From Mobula hypostoma (lineage: Eukaryota), in the NCBI RefSeq assembly GCF_963921235.1, contig NC_086097.1:53818001-53882000 (forward strand): 64,000 nt of DNA. Reading direction: 5' to 3'. Each line of letters starts with the position of its first letter. Positions within the stretch are counted from its first letter, which is position 1. The notes below the pieces were generated by a model, which worked only from the letters and a program-made list of their open reading frames with translations, searched no databases and was not told where the DNA came from. Of the stretch, positions 63,061 to 64,000 are shown one piece after another. The position numbers and the translations under genes were made by a program.

Positions 63061-63829
63061 TTACCAGAGATTCAATATGATTTTGTCATCTGCAAATTGC
63101 TACTTATAGGGCAATTTAGTTCTTTGCAAATGTGGTTCTTAAACTCGACATGCAAAGAGTTAAATCAGCCAGTTAATTACTCTGGTGAACTGACTTGCAG
63201 CACTAAAGAATGATTTCATCAAAAACCTCAGAGGGTGGACACTCACATGTTGGTTTGTGGCAAGAGCAGGATTTATTCAAGTCACGATTACCCAGCAGGA
63301 ACACACCCAATTTTCAAAATGCGTTTGAAAGAGCAGTTGTTTTATTGTTTTGAGATTGCCATAATTGGCTCTAGCCTTTGTTTTAAGCAGCTTTTAGTTA
63401 GAGAGTGAGAGAGAGAAATACAGGGAAATGCATCAATTATTATGAGTAAGATATCTTATGATGCTTAACCATTTATAGTGCTGTAGAGTTACCATAAAGT
63501 TGGTCCAAATGGAGCCAACTGCCAAATGTAAGTAATAAAAATTCTAAATCACAACTAGCATAATCCAGAAACTGCAGTTACAATGGTGACAAAACTCATT
63601 ACTCCTGGTCATTACTCTTGAAAAAATGTCAGGTAACTTCTGAAGAACATGAATATGCAGATAAATGCAAACATCCTGCAATTTCTTCAAGTGACACCCG
63701 GTTCATACACGGCATTTAGTGTTACAAGTGTTTTTCCAAGATGCAAAGAACACAGAATCAGTGATCAGTATTCCCAAACAATCCAGAAACAATGTAGTAT
63801 AAACACATCTCAAAGTAGTATTCTTTAAC

Positions 63830-64000
63830 AGAAGATGGCACAATCAAGCGTGGCTGACAAGGGAAGTTAAAGATAGCATAAAAGCCAAAGAGAGAGCATA
63901 TAATATAGCAAAAAAGTGGGAAGCTAGAGGAGTGGGAAGCTTTTAAAAACCAACAGAAGGCAACGAAAAAACATAAAGAGATAAAAGATGAAATATGAAA
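63830..64000 (+). mobile_element. CR1 ORF2 fragment running off the window
   Basis: tggctgacaagggaagttaaagatagcataaaagccaaagagagagcatataat, similar to 30935-31090. Confidence 0.75.

Noticed and set aside
1..64000. CRISPR arrays, operons or prokaryotic defence systems
   Set aside because: The sequence is vertebrate-type repeat-rich DNA; no repeat-spacer array or prokaryotic gene organisation was seen.

Overview
Eukaryotic, transposon-dense genomic DNA. The repeat content (HE1/V-SINE-type SINEs, CR1/HER1-like LINEs, Rex1/Babar LINEs, Penelope-like elements) points to a cartilaginous fish, probably a ray; this is inference, not a database match. No complete host gene is visible. Nearly all long ORFs belong to mobile elements: CR1 LINEs (youngest 19201-22300), Rex1/Babar LINEs, an RTE 3' fragment, GIY-YIG Penelope-like elements (PLEs), Tc1 and Tigger/pogo deletion derivatives, a Buster-type hAT with a perfect 8-bp TSD, and a 901-bp solo LTR. 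A few isolated splice-signal-bounded candidate exons on the minus strand (best: 14419-14463, QLEERIELLFASISA) suggest the window may be intronic in a large unidentified gene. The most notable signal is a set of short, essentially non-coding fold-back insertions built from the PLE terminus. They are flanked by 13-14-bp TSDs and carry minimal hammerhead ribozyme motifs on both strands. Also notable: an 11-kb nest of seven insertions inside one old CR1, a tRNA-headed SINE family with three different tails, and a TSD-flanked poly(A)-tailed CA-microsatellite insert.
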